This document shows, piece by piece, positions 40,002 to 49,635 of a stretch of 64,000 nucleotides of DNA; position 1 is the stretch's first letter; the number at the start of each line of letters is the position of its first letter. This DNA is from Candidatus Hydrogenedentota bacterium (GTDB lineage Bacteria; Hydrogenedentota; Hydrogenedentia; Hydrogenedentales; SLHB01), in the NCBI GenBank assembly GCA_045863295.1, contig BTWA01000002.1:32001-96000 (forward strand), read 5' to 3'. Below the pieces are notes generated by a model. The model was not told the DNA's origin, did no database searches, and saw only the letters and a list, made by a program, of their open reading frames with translations. The position numbers were made by a program, and so were the translations under genes.

Positions 40002-40418
40002 ATGAACACTTCGGTAATTCGGTGCTTGCTGGCGGCAGGTCTCGTGCTGAGCTGCACGGCATGCGTGTCGGTTCGTTATAAAGGCGAAAGCCGGGCGCCG
40101 GTCCAGGCCGTAGACGAATACAACGCGCGCGAAGACGTGAAGCGGGCATTTGTCGAACTGGGCACCATTGAAGTGCGGGGGGACTATTCCAAGACCACGG
40201 TGGAAGGCATGAAGGCGCGGGTGGTCAAGGAAGCGGCCAAGCGAGGCGCCAACGGAGTGATATACACGGTCGCGGAGCGGCGCACGACGCGCAACACCGA
40301 TTTCGCCGGCGCATTTGAACCGCACGAAGGGCCGGACGAATTCCGAGAGCCGGATGTAGACGAAGTCTGGCTTGTGGAAGCCATTCTCATCGCATACGAC
40401 GCGGCCACAACCCCGTAG
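40002..40418 (+). CDS. Putative lipoprotein (small YbjQ/RcsF-like fold)
   Basis: Signal peptide ending SCTAC; EAAKRGANGVI motif. Confidence 0.6.
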   Translation: MNTSVIRCLLAAGLVLSCTACVSVRYKGESRAPVQAVDEYNAREDVKRAFVELGTIEVRGDYSKTTVEGMKARVVKEAAKRGANGVIYTVAERRTTRNTDFAGAFEPHEGPDEFREPDVDEVWLVEAILIAYDAATTP

Positions 40419-40618
40419 AACAACCCCGCGTTTAACCGGCTGACGCACTGCGCCATTGTTGCCGCGTATGCCGCGTGGCATGATGGGCTCCGGTGGTAAT
40501 GCGCCAATACGATTACGGCATACCCAATGGGCAATTCCGGGCTACCGCTTTCCTCATGAGTGCTTCCCGTGCGGGAAAAGGAGCGGCAAACCCCCACTAT
40601 AGGACCGATCTGGGCGAT

Positions 40619-43600
40619 ATGACGAAGTTCCTGGACTACCTGAACGATCACGTGCTCATCCTTGACGGCGGCATGGGCACGCAAGTGCAGAATCTTGGTC
40701 TTGACGATCTGGATTACGGCGGCGTCGATTTCAAGATGCTGCCGGATATATTGGTGTTTTCGCACCCCGAGGCGATTCGAGACATTCACCTCAATTACTT
40801 CCGGGCGGGCGCCCATGCGGTCGAAACCGATACGTTTGGCGCGACGCCGTTCCGTTTGGGCGAATACGATCTTTCGAAACTCGACTTGTCCCGGTTTGCG
40901 CCGGTCCCCTACGGAATCGATTTGCGTTCGATCGATCACCATGAATTCGCTTACTACGTGAGCCGGCGCGCGGCGGAAATTGCGTGCGAGGCGCGGGCGC
41001 TCTATCGCACCGAACCGGAATATGACGGCCGGCCACTCTACGTGGTGGGTTCCATTGGACCCTCGAACCGCGTGCTTTCCAGCACGGACGCAAATCTGCA
41101 ACTTTCCACGTTCGATGCGATGATGGCGAATTTTCATGTTCAGGTGAAGGGCCTTGCTGAGGGCGGTGCGGACGTGCTGCTGTATGAAACGCAGCAGGAT
41201 GTGCTCGAACTGAAAGCGGCCGTCATGGGCGGCAGGAAGGCGCTTGCCGAAGCGGGCAAGGACTTGCCGATCATGGCGCAAGTGACCGTGGACGCTTTCT
41301 GCAAGATGCAGATATTCAACACCGACATTCATGCCGCGCTGGTAACGATGGAAGGAGCGGGCATCGACGTCTTCGGGATCAACTGCAGCATCGGCCCCGA
41401 CCTGATGGGGAAAACGATTGAGAAGCTGTCTCGCTTTTCCCGTTTGCCGATTTCCGTCGTTCCCAATGCCGGTTTGCCGGTTTCGGAAGACGGCAAGACC
41501 GTATACCGATTCAAGCCCGAGGACTTCGCGGAATACCTGTACCGGTTTGTGACGGAGTACGGCGTAAACATTGTGGGCGGATGCTGCGGCACGACGCCCG
41601 ATCACATACGCGCGGTGAGTGCGCGCCTCAGAGGGGTGCGGCCCAAGACACGCACGCCCGATCCCGGGTTGTATGTTTCCGGCCCGCAGGAGGCCGTCTT
41701 GCTCGACAGCCGCGAGTCGCTGATCATGATTGGCGAGAGGCTCAATGTGCGCGGTTCGGCCAAGGTACGGAAGGCCGTGGAAAGTGGCGGCCCCATCGAC
41801 CATCATGCGCTGGAAGAGGTCGTGCACGAGCAAGTGCGTGATCTGGGCGTGAAAGTGATTGATGTCTGCATGGACTCGAACATGGTGGATACAACCGCCG
41901 CGCTCACAGAGGTCATTCACAAACAGACCACCGATTTTCAGGGGGCCATGTGCCTCGATTCGTTTGCGCTCGAGGCGCTCGTCGAGGCCATCAAGGTGTA
42001 TCCGGGACGCCCCATCATCAATTCCATGTCCATGGAAGACGTGGAGGATGGGGTCACCAAAGTTGAGGCCGTGTGCCGGGCGACGCGCGATCACAATCCC
42101 ATGTACATTGGGCTTGCAGCCGGACCGAAGGGTCCCGGCGCCACGGCGGACGAGAAGGTGGAATTGGCAAGGCAGATTGTGGAGACCGCCGGCCGGTTCG
42201 GCGTGAAGCCCGGCCAAATCTTCATTGACATGAATGTATTTCCTATCGGATCGGAATCCGACGATTCGATGAATTTTGCCGTGGAGTCACTGGATTCGAT
42301 TCCCCGGATCAAGGCAATACACCCGGATTTGCGCACGACGTGCGGCGTTGGCAATTTGACCAACGGGTTGGCCAAGAAGCCGTACATGCGTCAGGTACTC
42401 ACCAGTGTTTGGCTTGACGAGGCGCGCAAGCGCGGCCTGGACGCGGCGATCATCAATCCCAATCATTACGTGTTTGTGCGCGATCTCGATCCCCACGACT
42501 ACAAGCTGGCACTGCGCACCATTCTCGAGCGCGACATGGAAGCGTTCGAGGAATTGGAAGAGATCGCGGAGCGCAAGAAGGGCGGCGAGGTCAGGAAGCG
42601 CACTTCCTACGATGAATTAGCGGTGGAAACCGCCATCTGCGAAAAGATAAAGGACGGTTACAAGGAACGGGCCTCCGGATCCGTGGATGTCGACGGACAC
42701 ACCTACGCCTACCAGGACAAAATCGTGCTGCAGGTGGTGGAAGCTGTAAAGCAGCACGAGCCGCTGCAATTCATCAACGCGCACCTCATGAAGGCCATGA
42801 ACGAACTGGGCGACGGCTTCGCCCGGGGCGAGGTATCCCTGCCGCACCTGTTGAAATCGGCGGATGTCATGAAGCAGGTGATGGGCTTTCTCGAAGAGTA
42901 CATGCGTGTCAAAAGCGGCGTGGATGTGCATACAAAAATAGAGTACAAAGGCACGATCGTGCTGGGCACGGTTTACCAGGATGTGCATTCGATCGGCAAG
43001 GACCTCGCCAAGACACTGTTTGAGAACTATGGCTATCGGGTGATCGATCTGGGTGTTATGACGCCGCTGCAAAAGTACCTCGACACGGCCAAGGAAACCG
43101 CGGCGACCGCGATTGGCATGTCGGCGCTGCTGGTGCAGACGTCGAATCATATGATCACTGTGTCGAAGATGATGCAGGAGCAGGGCATGGCGGACGTCCC
43201 CGTGCTCATTGGAGGCGCTCCGGTGAACGATCGTCATGCGGCGTACGTGGCGTTGGCGGGTGAGCAGGATACGTCTCAGATGCGATCCAACGTGTTCTAT
43301 TGCCCCACCGCGATGGATGGCGTGAATGTGATGAATACGTGGACCTCCAACGGGCAACGCAACGAGTTGATGGACCGCAATCTCAGGAAACTGCAGACGC
43401 AGTTCGAGAAAGCGGAACGGCTTCAGGAAGAGGAAGAGAAACTCCTTCGCACGTTGCCGCGCCGCGACGTGAGCCTGGAGCATCATGTACTGCCGGAGAA
43501 GCCGTGGTTCGGCGTTGAGCGCGTGGAACACTCGCTGCGCGCGTTTGCGCCTTACCTCGATCTGAAGACGCTTTTTGCGTTGAACTGGAAATTCGGCGGC

Positions 43601-44242
43601 AAGGCGCACCGCCAGAAGTCCGGCGACTCGCCCGAGAAGCTGCAAGCTCTGTTCGAGGAATGGGTGCAAAAGGCCGACAAGCATGCGTGGCTTCGGCCTC
43701 AGGGCGTGTTTGCGGTGTTTCCCTGTCAGGCCGAAGGCGAGTACGTGTACGTGTACGATCCCGCCGATCTGAGCCGCGAACTTTGCCGGTTCCGGTTTGA
43801 CGTGGTGATTGGCGCGGGGCGGAAAGACACCGTGTGTGCCGCGCAGTATTTCTATTCGCAGAGCCTGGGCCAGTTCGATGCGATCGGGTTGCAGATTTCG
43901 ACCAGCGGCCCGCAGGTCGATGATCAGATCAACGCATTTCGCGAATCAAAAGACTCCGAGTCCACCCTGTACCTGCAGGGTCTGTCCGATCGGGTCGCCG
44001 AAGACATGGCGGACTACATTCACGGCCTGCTTCGCGAACGCCTTGGATTCGACAAGGCGCGCGGGGCGCGTTGGTCGCCCGGGTATCCCGCGATAAGCGA
44101 TACCGCGTATAATGAGAGTATTGCAACGCTGCTTGATGCGACGTCCCGGATTGGCGTGAAGATAACGGAAGCTGGCGAGTTTTCGCCCACCGGCACCACG
44201 GCCGCCATCGTTTCGTTTCATCCGGACGCGCGGTACACGTGA
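40619..44242 (+). CDS. metH: Cobalamin-dependent methionine synthase
   Basis: ILDGGMGT, GINCS and GGCCGTTP (Zn/Hcy domain); IGERLN (pterin domain); LPHLLKSADVMK cap; DVHSIG B12 motif; SPGYP activation domain. Confidence 0.95.
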   Translation: MTKFLDYLNDHVLILDGGMGTQVQNLGLDDLDYGGVDFKMLPDILVFSHPEAIRDIHLNYFRAGAHAVETDTFGATPFRLGEYDLSKLDLSRFAPVPYGIDLRSIDHHEFAYYVSRRAAEIACEARALYRTEPEYDGRPLYVVGSIGPSNRVLSSTDANLQLSTFDAMMANFHVQVKGLAEGGADVLLYETQQDVLELKAAVMGGRKALAEAGKDLPIMAQVTVDAFCKMQIFNTDIHAALVTMEGAGIDVFGINCSIGPDLMGKTIEKLSRFSRLPISVVPNAGLPVSEDGKTVYRFKPEDFAEYLYRFVTEYGVNIVGGCCGTTPDHIRAVSARLRGVRPKTRTPDPGLYVSGPQEAVLLDSRESLIMIGERLNVRGSAKVRKAVESGGPIDHHALEEVVHEQVRDLGVKVIDVCMDSNMVDTTAALTEVIHKQTTDFQGAMCLDSFALEALVEAIKVYPGRPIINSMSMEDVEDGVTKVEAVCRATRDHNPMYIGLAAGPKGPGATADEKVELARQIVETAGRFGVKPGQIFIDMNVFPIGSESDDSMNFAVESLDSIPRIKAIHPDLRTTCGVGNLTNGLAKKPYMRQVLTSVWLDEARKRGLDAAIINPNHYVFVRDLDPHDYKLALRTILERDMEAFEELEEIAERKKGGEVRKRTSYDELAVETAICEKIKDGYKERASGSVDVDGHTYAYQDKIVLQVVEAVKQHEPLQFINAHLMKAMNELGDGFARGEVSLPHLLKSADVMKQVMGFLEEYMRVKSGVDVHTKIEYKGTIVLGTVYQDVHSIGKDLAKTLFENYGYRVIDLGVMTPLQKYLDTAKETAATAIGMSALLVQTSNHMITVSKMMQEQGMADVPVLIGGAPVNDRHAAYVALAGEQDTSQMRSNVFYCPTAMDGVNVMNTWTSNGQRNELMDRNLRKLQTQFEKAERLQEEEEKLLRTLPRRDVSLEHHVLPEKPWFGVERVEHSLRAFAPYLDLKTLFALNWKFGGKAHRQKSGDSPEKLQALFEEWVQKADKHAWLRPQGVFAVFPCQAEGEYVYVYDPADLSRELCRFRFDVVIGAGRKDTVCAAQYFYSQSLGQFDAIGLQISTSGPQVDDQINAFRESKDSESTLYLQGLSDRVAEDMADYIHGLLRERLGFDKARGARWSPGYPAISDTAYNESIATLLDATSRIGVKITEAGEFSPTGTTAAIVSFHPDARYT

Positions 44243-44303
44243 TGTTTTTTGGGCTTGAAGCAGTGAGGCGGCGGGTTGAGGTTGAGCTTTTACCCCCCCT
44301 TGA

Positions 44304-44325
44304 TCCCCTCCCTCAAGGGAGGGGA
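44304..44325. repeat. Perfect palindrome/hairpin between metH and hicA
   Basis: TCCCCTCCCT-CA-AGGGAGGGGA, preceded by ACCCCCCCTTGA. Confidence 0.7.
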
Positions 44326-44374
44326 GAATGGCGCAGATGCGAAGCATGTAAATTGAACCCGAGTAACTTCGAAA

Positions 44375-44578
44375 GTGAAAGTTAGAGAGATCATCCGCAT
44401 TCTGCATCTTAGAGGATGGCAACTTGTGCGAACCAAGCGCAGCCATCGTCAGTTTAGATCGCAGTCCCATCCTGGAGTGGTGACCGTTTCAGGGAATGAC
44501 AATAAGGACATTCCGATAGGAACATTGAAGAGTATCCTGCGGCAAGCAGCGATCGATGAAGAGGAGCTTCAGCGATGA
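44375..44578 (+). CDS. hicA: Type II toxin-antitoxin HicA family toxin
   Basis: 67 aa; MKVREIIR..GW..VRTKRSHRQF..VTV..DIPIGTLKSILRQA; overlaps hicB (ATGA). Confidence 0.88.
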   Translation: MKVREIIRILHLRGWQLVRTKRSHRQFRSQSHPGVVTVSGNDNKDIPIGTLKSILRQAAIDEEELQR

Positions 44579-44790
44579 AATACATGGTTGTTGTCGAGCA
44601 TGGCGCCAGCAGCTTCGGGGCGTACGTGCCGGATCTTCCTGGTTGCGTGGCTGTGGGCGATACGCGCGATGAAGTCCTGTCACTCATAAAAGAGGCCGTC
44701 GAACTGCACATTCAAGCCATGCAAGAAGCTGGCGAGCACGTGCCGTCGCCTACTTCCGATGTTGCGTTTGTTGATGTGCATGCGGCTTGA
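44575..44790 (+). CDS. hicB: Type II toxin-antitoxin HicB family antitoxin (short form, no DNA-binding domain)
   Basis: MKYMVVVE..FGAYVPDLPGCVAVGDTRDEV..IKEAVELHI..GE.VP.P. Confidence 0.92.
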   Translation: MKYMVVVEHGASSFGAYVPDLPGCVAVGDTRDEVLSLIKEAVELHIQAMQEAGEHVPSPTSDVAFVDVHAA

Positions 44791-44816
44791 CTCGTGCCAA
44801 AAGGAGCCAACCTGAA

Positions 44817-45353
44817 ATGAGTGACAACGCCATTGCCGACGCATTTCTCGAATCATGCGTTCGCCGCCTCAAGAACGACAAGATTCTGGGTGAAAAGGCC
44901 ATCGCCCAATTGAGCGACGAGGAGTTGCTTTGGCAACCGGATGCCGAGTCCAACAGCATCGCCATCATCATTCAGCACATGCACGGCAACATGATTTCGA
45001 GATGGACCAACTTTCTCACTACCGACGGCGAGAAACCCAGCCGGAACCGCGATCGCGAGTTTGACCTCTACGACAACCTGAACCGAACCGATCTGATTCA
45101 ATTGTGGGAGGAAGGTTGGGCGTGCGTCGTGGATGCGGTGCAGGCGTTGAATTCGGGCGACTTGCTGAAGACCATCACGATCCGCGAACAGGAATTCGGT
45201 GTCATCGACGCCATTCATCGTCAACTCACGCACTACGCGTATCACGTGGGCCAAATCGTATACATTGCCAAGCATCATCGCGGCGCGGCATGGGAGACGC
45301 TCTCCATTGCCAAAGGGAAATCGGCCGAATTCAAACCGGGCAAGAAAGACTAG
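44817..45353 (+). CDS. DUF1572 family protein (DinB superfamily)
   Basis: ESNSIAIIIQHMHGNMISRWTNFLTTDGEKPSRNRDREF and HYAYHVGQIVYIAK; AAGGAG RBS. Confidence 0.9.
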   Translation: MSDNAIADAFLESCVRRLKNDKILGEKAIAQLSDEELLWQPDAESNSIAIIIQHMHGNMISRWTNFLTTDGEKPSRNRDREFDLYDNLNRTDLIQLWEEGWACVVDAVQALNSGDLLKTITIREQEFGVIDAIHRQLTHYAYHVGQIVYIAKHHRGAAWETLSIAKGKSAEFKPGKKD

Positions 45354-45360
45354 AGCCGCC

Positions 45361-45657
45361 ATGGAAAAGAACGAGCTGCCGTTTCAGAAAATGATCTTCG
45401 TATGCTGCAACCAGCGCGAGCCGGGCGATCGCGTGTGTTGCGCCGACTGTGGCGGGCCGGTGCTGCAGGAAAGACTGAAGGCCATGGTGAAGGAACGGCA
45501 GTTGCGTTCGAAGATTCGCGTCAGCAAATCCGGTTGCATGGACCGGTGCGAAGACGGCCCCAACCTCATGATCTTCCCCGATAACATCTGGCTCAGCGGG
45601 GTTCAGGAAAGCGACCTCGAAGGCATCCTGGATTCCGTGGCCGGTTCATTGAAATAG
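45361..45657 (+). CDS. Thioredoxin-like [2Fe-2S] ferredoxin
   Basis: FVCCNQR..VCC...RVSKSGCMDRCEDGP..IFPDNIW. Confidence 0.9.
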   Translation: MEKNELPFQKMIFVCCNQREPGDRVCCADCGGPVLQERLKAMVKERQLRSKIRVSKSGCMDRCEDGPNLMIFPDNIWLSGVQESDLEGILDSVAGSLK

Positions 45658-45685
45658 CCGCGATCCGCCGGACTCGGGCCTTATT

Positions 45686-46510
45686 CTAAGCCTGCACGAC
45701 GACAAATTCCGTCGTAATCGTTTCCCCGTCCACATGAAACAGGCGATAGCCTTTTTCCGCCGTGCCGTCATGGTTGTCGCGTGTCGTGGAGCAACAGGCC
45801 GTCGTAGTGAAGAGAATGCCCTCGCGTTCTTCTTCCTGGTTGCCGTGGTAATGGCCGGCGGCGACGAGCTTTACGTTGTGCTCCGCGAAAATGCCCAGCA
45901 CTTCGTCCGCATTCTGCACCCGATAGGCTTTCGAGTTCGGGTTGAACGGATGGTGAGAGAGGATGGCGATCGGACGCGACTTGTTCGCTTTCTTCGCGAC
46001 CTTCTGCAACCATTCCATTTCCTCGTCGCGAATGGACACGTCGCTCTTGGTCGCGTCGCACGAGTTGAGGCCAATGAACAGCCAGCCCTTGTCGCCGGTG
46101 TGCCAACTCGGTTCGTCAAAGGCCCGCTTGTAGTTGCCGAAGATGTCCTTCGACTTCATGTAGACGTCGTGATTGCCGGGAATGACGAAGTGTGGCCGCA
46201 CAAGCCGATCGAGCGAGTTCTTGGCGAGATTCAGCTCGACCATTTCGCCGTCGGTCGCGAGATCTCCAAGCACGGCGGTGAAGGCCACGTCCTTGTTCGC
46301 ATTGATGGAATCCGCCGCGCGATTCACAATACTCGCACTGCGGCCGTCGAGGATGTGCAGATCATTAATCGCGGCAAAGGTGAATTTGCCTCCGCCGCCG
46401 GGGATTACATCGACCCGTGAAATGGCTCCAAGGCTTTCCTTGGTCTTGGCGCACCCTGCCAGGCTGGCCGCGCCGATAAAGGTAAGAAATTGCCGCCGCG
46501 AGAAATCCAT
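45686..46510 (-). CDS. Calcineurin-like metallophosphoesterase, predicted Tat lipoprotein
   Basis: SRRQFL twin-arginine plus LAGC lipobox; motifs NDLH, LGDL, PGNHD, HHP and GHYH. Confidence 0.88.
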   Translation of the reverse strand: MDFSRRQFLTFIGAASLAGCAKTKESLGAISRVDVIPGGGGKFTFAAINDLHILDGRSASIVNRAADSINANKDVAFTAVLGDLATDGEMVELNLAKNSLDRLVRPHFVIPGNHDVYMKSKDIFGNYKRAFDEPSWHTGDKGWLFIGLNSCDATKSDVSIRDEEMEWLQKVAKKANKSRPIAILSHHPFNPNSKAYRVQNADEVLGIFAEHNVKLVAAGHYHGNQEEEREGILFTTTACCSTTRDNHDGTAEKGYRLFHVDGETITTEFVVVQA

Positions 46511-46589
46511 ATCCCTCTCCTTACACCCACGCCACATCAGGCCGCACCCGGAATGAATCCCGTATTGTTTGAATAAACGGTCCGCCGTG

Positions 46590-48035
46590 TCAAGTGCCGG
46601 AGGCCGCGGCAAGCGCCGTGGCCCCACCCTCGCGTCTCACTTCCGGGAAGGCGGCCTCATCTTCGAGTAGAGGCGCCGGTTTGCCGCACAGATACAAGTC
46701 GAAAAACGCGCGGAGATATTCACGGTTAATCTCCATCATCCTGGCGCCGTCGATGGGACCCTTCATCCCCAAAGTGCCCGCCAGCGGCGAAAACAACCCG
46801 GTCATGACAAAGTCGTTGTGGTTCGATCCCACCACGGACAAGAGGCGCTTGTCGCCCGTGGCGCGGTCGAAGAAAATCTGCTGCTTGTCGCGGTTATCCC
46901 CGGTCGACCACGATTCGCTGTTCATCATAAGGAGCGGTTTATCGAACGACGCGGCGAAAACATCGTCCGAAACAGGCTCGATCCAGATGTCCTGTCCGAA
47001 GCACGCCTTGCAACGCGGATCGCGCGCGCATACTTCCACCACCGCGCCACCGCCTGTGCTGTGACCAAACAACCCGACGCGATCCAGATCGAGCCGGTCT
47101 TTGAACCGCGCATCCAATTTGCCGTTCGCGAGTCCGGCCAATCGATCCAATACAAACGAAAGATCATCGGCATACATATCCACGAGGCGTTCGATGCCCG
47201 CCTGATACACCGCGTCGCCGGTATCCTTGGGCATCAGATCGGGGTGCAGCGGTTCCACCGTGCCGTCCGGAAACACCGTTCCCATGGCGCCATGCAAATG
47301 GTCAAGAGAGACGACCGCATACCCGTGGCTTGCCAGCGATTCGAGTTGATCCGCATTTACCACGCGGAACCCGCGCCACCCGTGCGAGTACACAATGACC
47401 GGCATCTTCCCCGCCGTCTCCGCGATGGGCGCATCTTCCCACGCGTTCAGTTGAACGAGATTCAGGTGATTCAAAATGAATTTGGGCAGGCCGAAGAAGC
47501 CCGCGATGGCCGGACCCACTTCATCGGTGCGGTGCATCCACGCCATCCGCTTCGAACTTTTCGCGGGCGAAGCCGGATACCAGATCTGCGCGACAATTTT
47601 TCTCGGGCCGGTTTCTCCCCCTGCGTAGACGGTCTCGCGGCTATCGTCTTCCCAGACATATACCGACGAGCCAACCTTGTACGGACCGCCCGGCGCGGGG
47701 AGCGCAGGCACCGGCAGCAAATAAGCCGCCGTCGCTCCCACGCCCGTCAGCAATAGGCCCGCCACCCCGGCGAGCCGGGCTCCCGGGGTTGGATCCGCCG
47801 CGCGTTCGGCTCCACCCACGAAGCGCGGCGCCATCAAGGCAAGCGCGCCCAGCGCGACGCCGTACACGGGGATCATCTGCCAACGGTAGCCTTCCACACC
47901 GGCATGGAGGAGCAACAACACGCACAACAACAACCCCATCAACCACGATTCGGGCTCGTACACCCGCCCGGTGCGGAGGGATCGCGCGGCCCACGCAAAC
48001 GCCACGACAGCCAGGGGGATTTCAAAAAATTGCAC
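46590..48035 (-). CDS. Membrane-anchored alpha/beta hydrolase (PAF-acetylhydrolase/carboxylic ester hydrolase-like)
   Basis: EGYRWQMIPVY, PGGPYKVG, QIWYP, YSHG, LASHGY, nucleophile GHSTGG and HNDF. Confidence 0.85.
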   Translation of the reverse strand: MQFFEIPLAVVAFAWAARSLRTGRVYEPESWLMGLLLCVLLLLHAGVEGYRWQMIPVYGVALGALALMAPRFVGGAERAADPTPGARLAGVAGLLLTGVGATAAYLLPVPALPAPGGPYKVGSSVYVWEDDSRETVYAGGETGPRKIVAQIWYPASPAKSSKRMAWMHRTDEVGPAIAGFFGLPKFILNHLNLVQLNAWEDAPIAETAGKMPVIVYSHGWRGFRVVNADQLESLASHGYAVVSLDHLHGAMGTVFPDGTVEPLHPDLMPKDTGDAVYQAGIERLVDMYADDLSFVLDRLAGLANGKLDARFKDRLDLDRVGLFGHSTGGGAVVEVCARDPRCKACFGQDIWIEPVSDDVFAASFDKPLLMMNSESWSTGDNRDKQQIFFDRATGDKRLLSVVGSNHNDFVMTGLFSPLAGTLGMKGPIDGARMMEINREYLRAFFDLYLCGKPAPLLEDEAAFPEVRREGGATALAAASGT

Positions 48036-48132
48036 GCCACACCGCTCCGATAGTCAATGCCAACGATTGTTTGCCGGACACCCGACAGCCACGGGCCACC
48101 CGTGCTCCCATAGTACACGAGCGCCGCCGTCT

Positions 48133-48161
48133 TTGAAATAAAAGGCCCGCAAACGTATGAT
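48133..48161 (+). promoter_or_regulatory. Sigma70-type promoter of the aminotransferase
   Basis: TTGAAA (48133-48138), 17-nt spacer, TATGAT (48156-48161). Confidence 0.65.
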
Positions 48162-48288
48162 AAGAGGCTATTTCCGCTGGAATTCGGGCGCTTTTTTGTT
48201 CCGGTATGCATGGTCACGGATCTTTTCAACGATTTCGGGGATTACAGGTCATGCAACGCCAGCACACACTTACGTTTAGGACAGGGCA

Positions 48289-49605
48289 ATGAGACGCAAT
48301 ATCGTACACATGGGCGCGGGATCGTTGAGCTACGAAATCCGGGAAATCGTAGCCGTCGCCCACGAGCTTCGCCGATTGGGCATGGAAATCACATGGGAAA
48401 ACATCGGCGATCCCGTGCAAAAAGGCGAACAGCCCCCCGAATGGATCCGCAGCATCGTGCGCGATCTCGTGGACGATCCGATCTCCTGGGCCTATTGCGA
48501 CACCGCCGGCGTGCCCCATGTGCGCGAGTTCCTGGCGGAAAAAGTGAACGCCCGCGGCGGCGGCGTGCAAATTACTCCCAACGATATCCTGTTCTTCAAC
48601 GGCCTCGGCGATGCCGTTGCCAAGGTCTACGGGTTTCTCCGCCGCGAAGCGCGCATCCTCGGGCCGTCCCCGGCGTACAGCACGCACTCCTCCGCGGAAG
48701 CCGCGCATTCCGGGTACAGCCAGGTCACCTACGAACTCGATCCGCACAACGGCTGGATGCCCGACGTCAACGACATCCGCAACAAGGTGAAATACAACGA
48801 TTCGATCGCGGGCATCCTCCTGCTCACGCCGGATAATCCCACCGGCGCGGTGTACCCCCGCGAGATTCTCGAAGAGATTGCGGACATCGCCCGCAAATAC
48901 GACTTGTTTCTGATCTCCGACGAGATCTACGCCCATATCGTCTACAACGGTCATCCCCGCATGCACATGAGCGAATGGTGCGGCGACGTGCCCGCGCTCG
49001 CCATGCGCGGCATCAGCAAGGAATATCCATGGCCCGGATCGCGGTGCGGCTGGCTTGAAGTGCTGAACCGCGAGAAAGATTCGAACTTCAACACCTACGT
49101 GAACAGCCTGCTCGCGGCGAAACGCCTCGAAGTGTCGTCCACCACCCTGCCCCAATTGTCCATTCCCAAGGTCATGGGCGATCCCCGCTACCTGGGCCAT
49201 CTGCACGAACGCGAACAAATGTTCGACGCCCGCGCGGAAGAAGCCGTGGCCGCGTTTGAAGGCTGCGATTCCGTCATCGCGAACAAGCCCAGCGGCGCGT
49301 TCTACTTCACGGTCATGTTCAAACCCGGTTTGTTGAACAACCGGCAAACCCTGCCGATCGAGAACAACGACGTGCGCAAGACGATTGAACGATTGGTGGA
49401 AGGCGTGCGTCCCGACAAACGGTTCGTGTACTACCTCATGGGCGCCACCGGCATCGTCGTCGTGCCGCTCACCGGGTTCCAATGCAACCACGACGGTTTC
49501 CGCATGACCCTGCTCGAATCCGACGAGTCGAAGCGCGCCTGGATTTTCAAGACCCTGCGCGAATGCATCGAAGCCTACGTCGGCAGCGCCTGCGTCGTGG
49601 CCTGA
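48289..49605 (+). CDS. PLP-dependent class I/II aminotransferase (AlaA-like)
   Basis: LSYEIR, ENIGDP, PDNPTGAVY, SDEIY and PLP lysine in GISKEYPWPGSRCGW. Confidence 0.92.
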   Translation: MRRNIVHMGAGSLSYEIREIVAVAHELRRLGMEITWENIGDPVQKGEQPPEWIRSIVRDLVDDPISWAYCDTAGVPHVREFLAEKVNARGGGVQITPNDILFFNGLGDAVAKVYGFLRREARILGPSPAYSTHSSAEAAHSGYSQVTYELDPHNGWMPDVNDIRNKVKYNDSIAGILLLTPDNPTGAVYPREILEEIADIARKYDLFLISDEIYAHIVYNGHPRMHMSEWCGDVPALAMRGISKEYPWPGSRCGWLEVLNREKDSNFNTYVNSLLAAKRLEVSSTTLPQLSIPKVMGDPRYLGHLHEREQMFDARAEEAVAAFEGCDSVIANKPSGAFYFTVMFKPGLLNNRQTLPIENNDVRKTIERLVEGVRPDKRFVYYLMGATGIVVVPLTGFQCNHDGFRMTLLESDESKRAWIFKTLRECIEAYVGSACVVA

Positions 49606-49635
49606 GGCGGGCGGCGTTTTCGCGCCCGCGCGCGG

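Noticed and set aside
40419..40618. Possible SAM, SAH or cobalamin riboswitch upstream of metH
   Set aside because: A nested hairpin (CCGCT...TTCCC-GTGC-GGGAA...AGCGG) is present, but I could not find the conserved cores of these riboswitch classes. An Rfam scan would settle it.
40184..42217. 677-aa minus-strand ORF (likewise 28123..29958, 48226..49491, 6250..7383, 9951..11075 and 42617..43684)
   Set aside because: These are antisense shadows of well-supported genes (metH, holB/ricT, aminotransferase, tilS, GT-C) with no recognisable domains.
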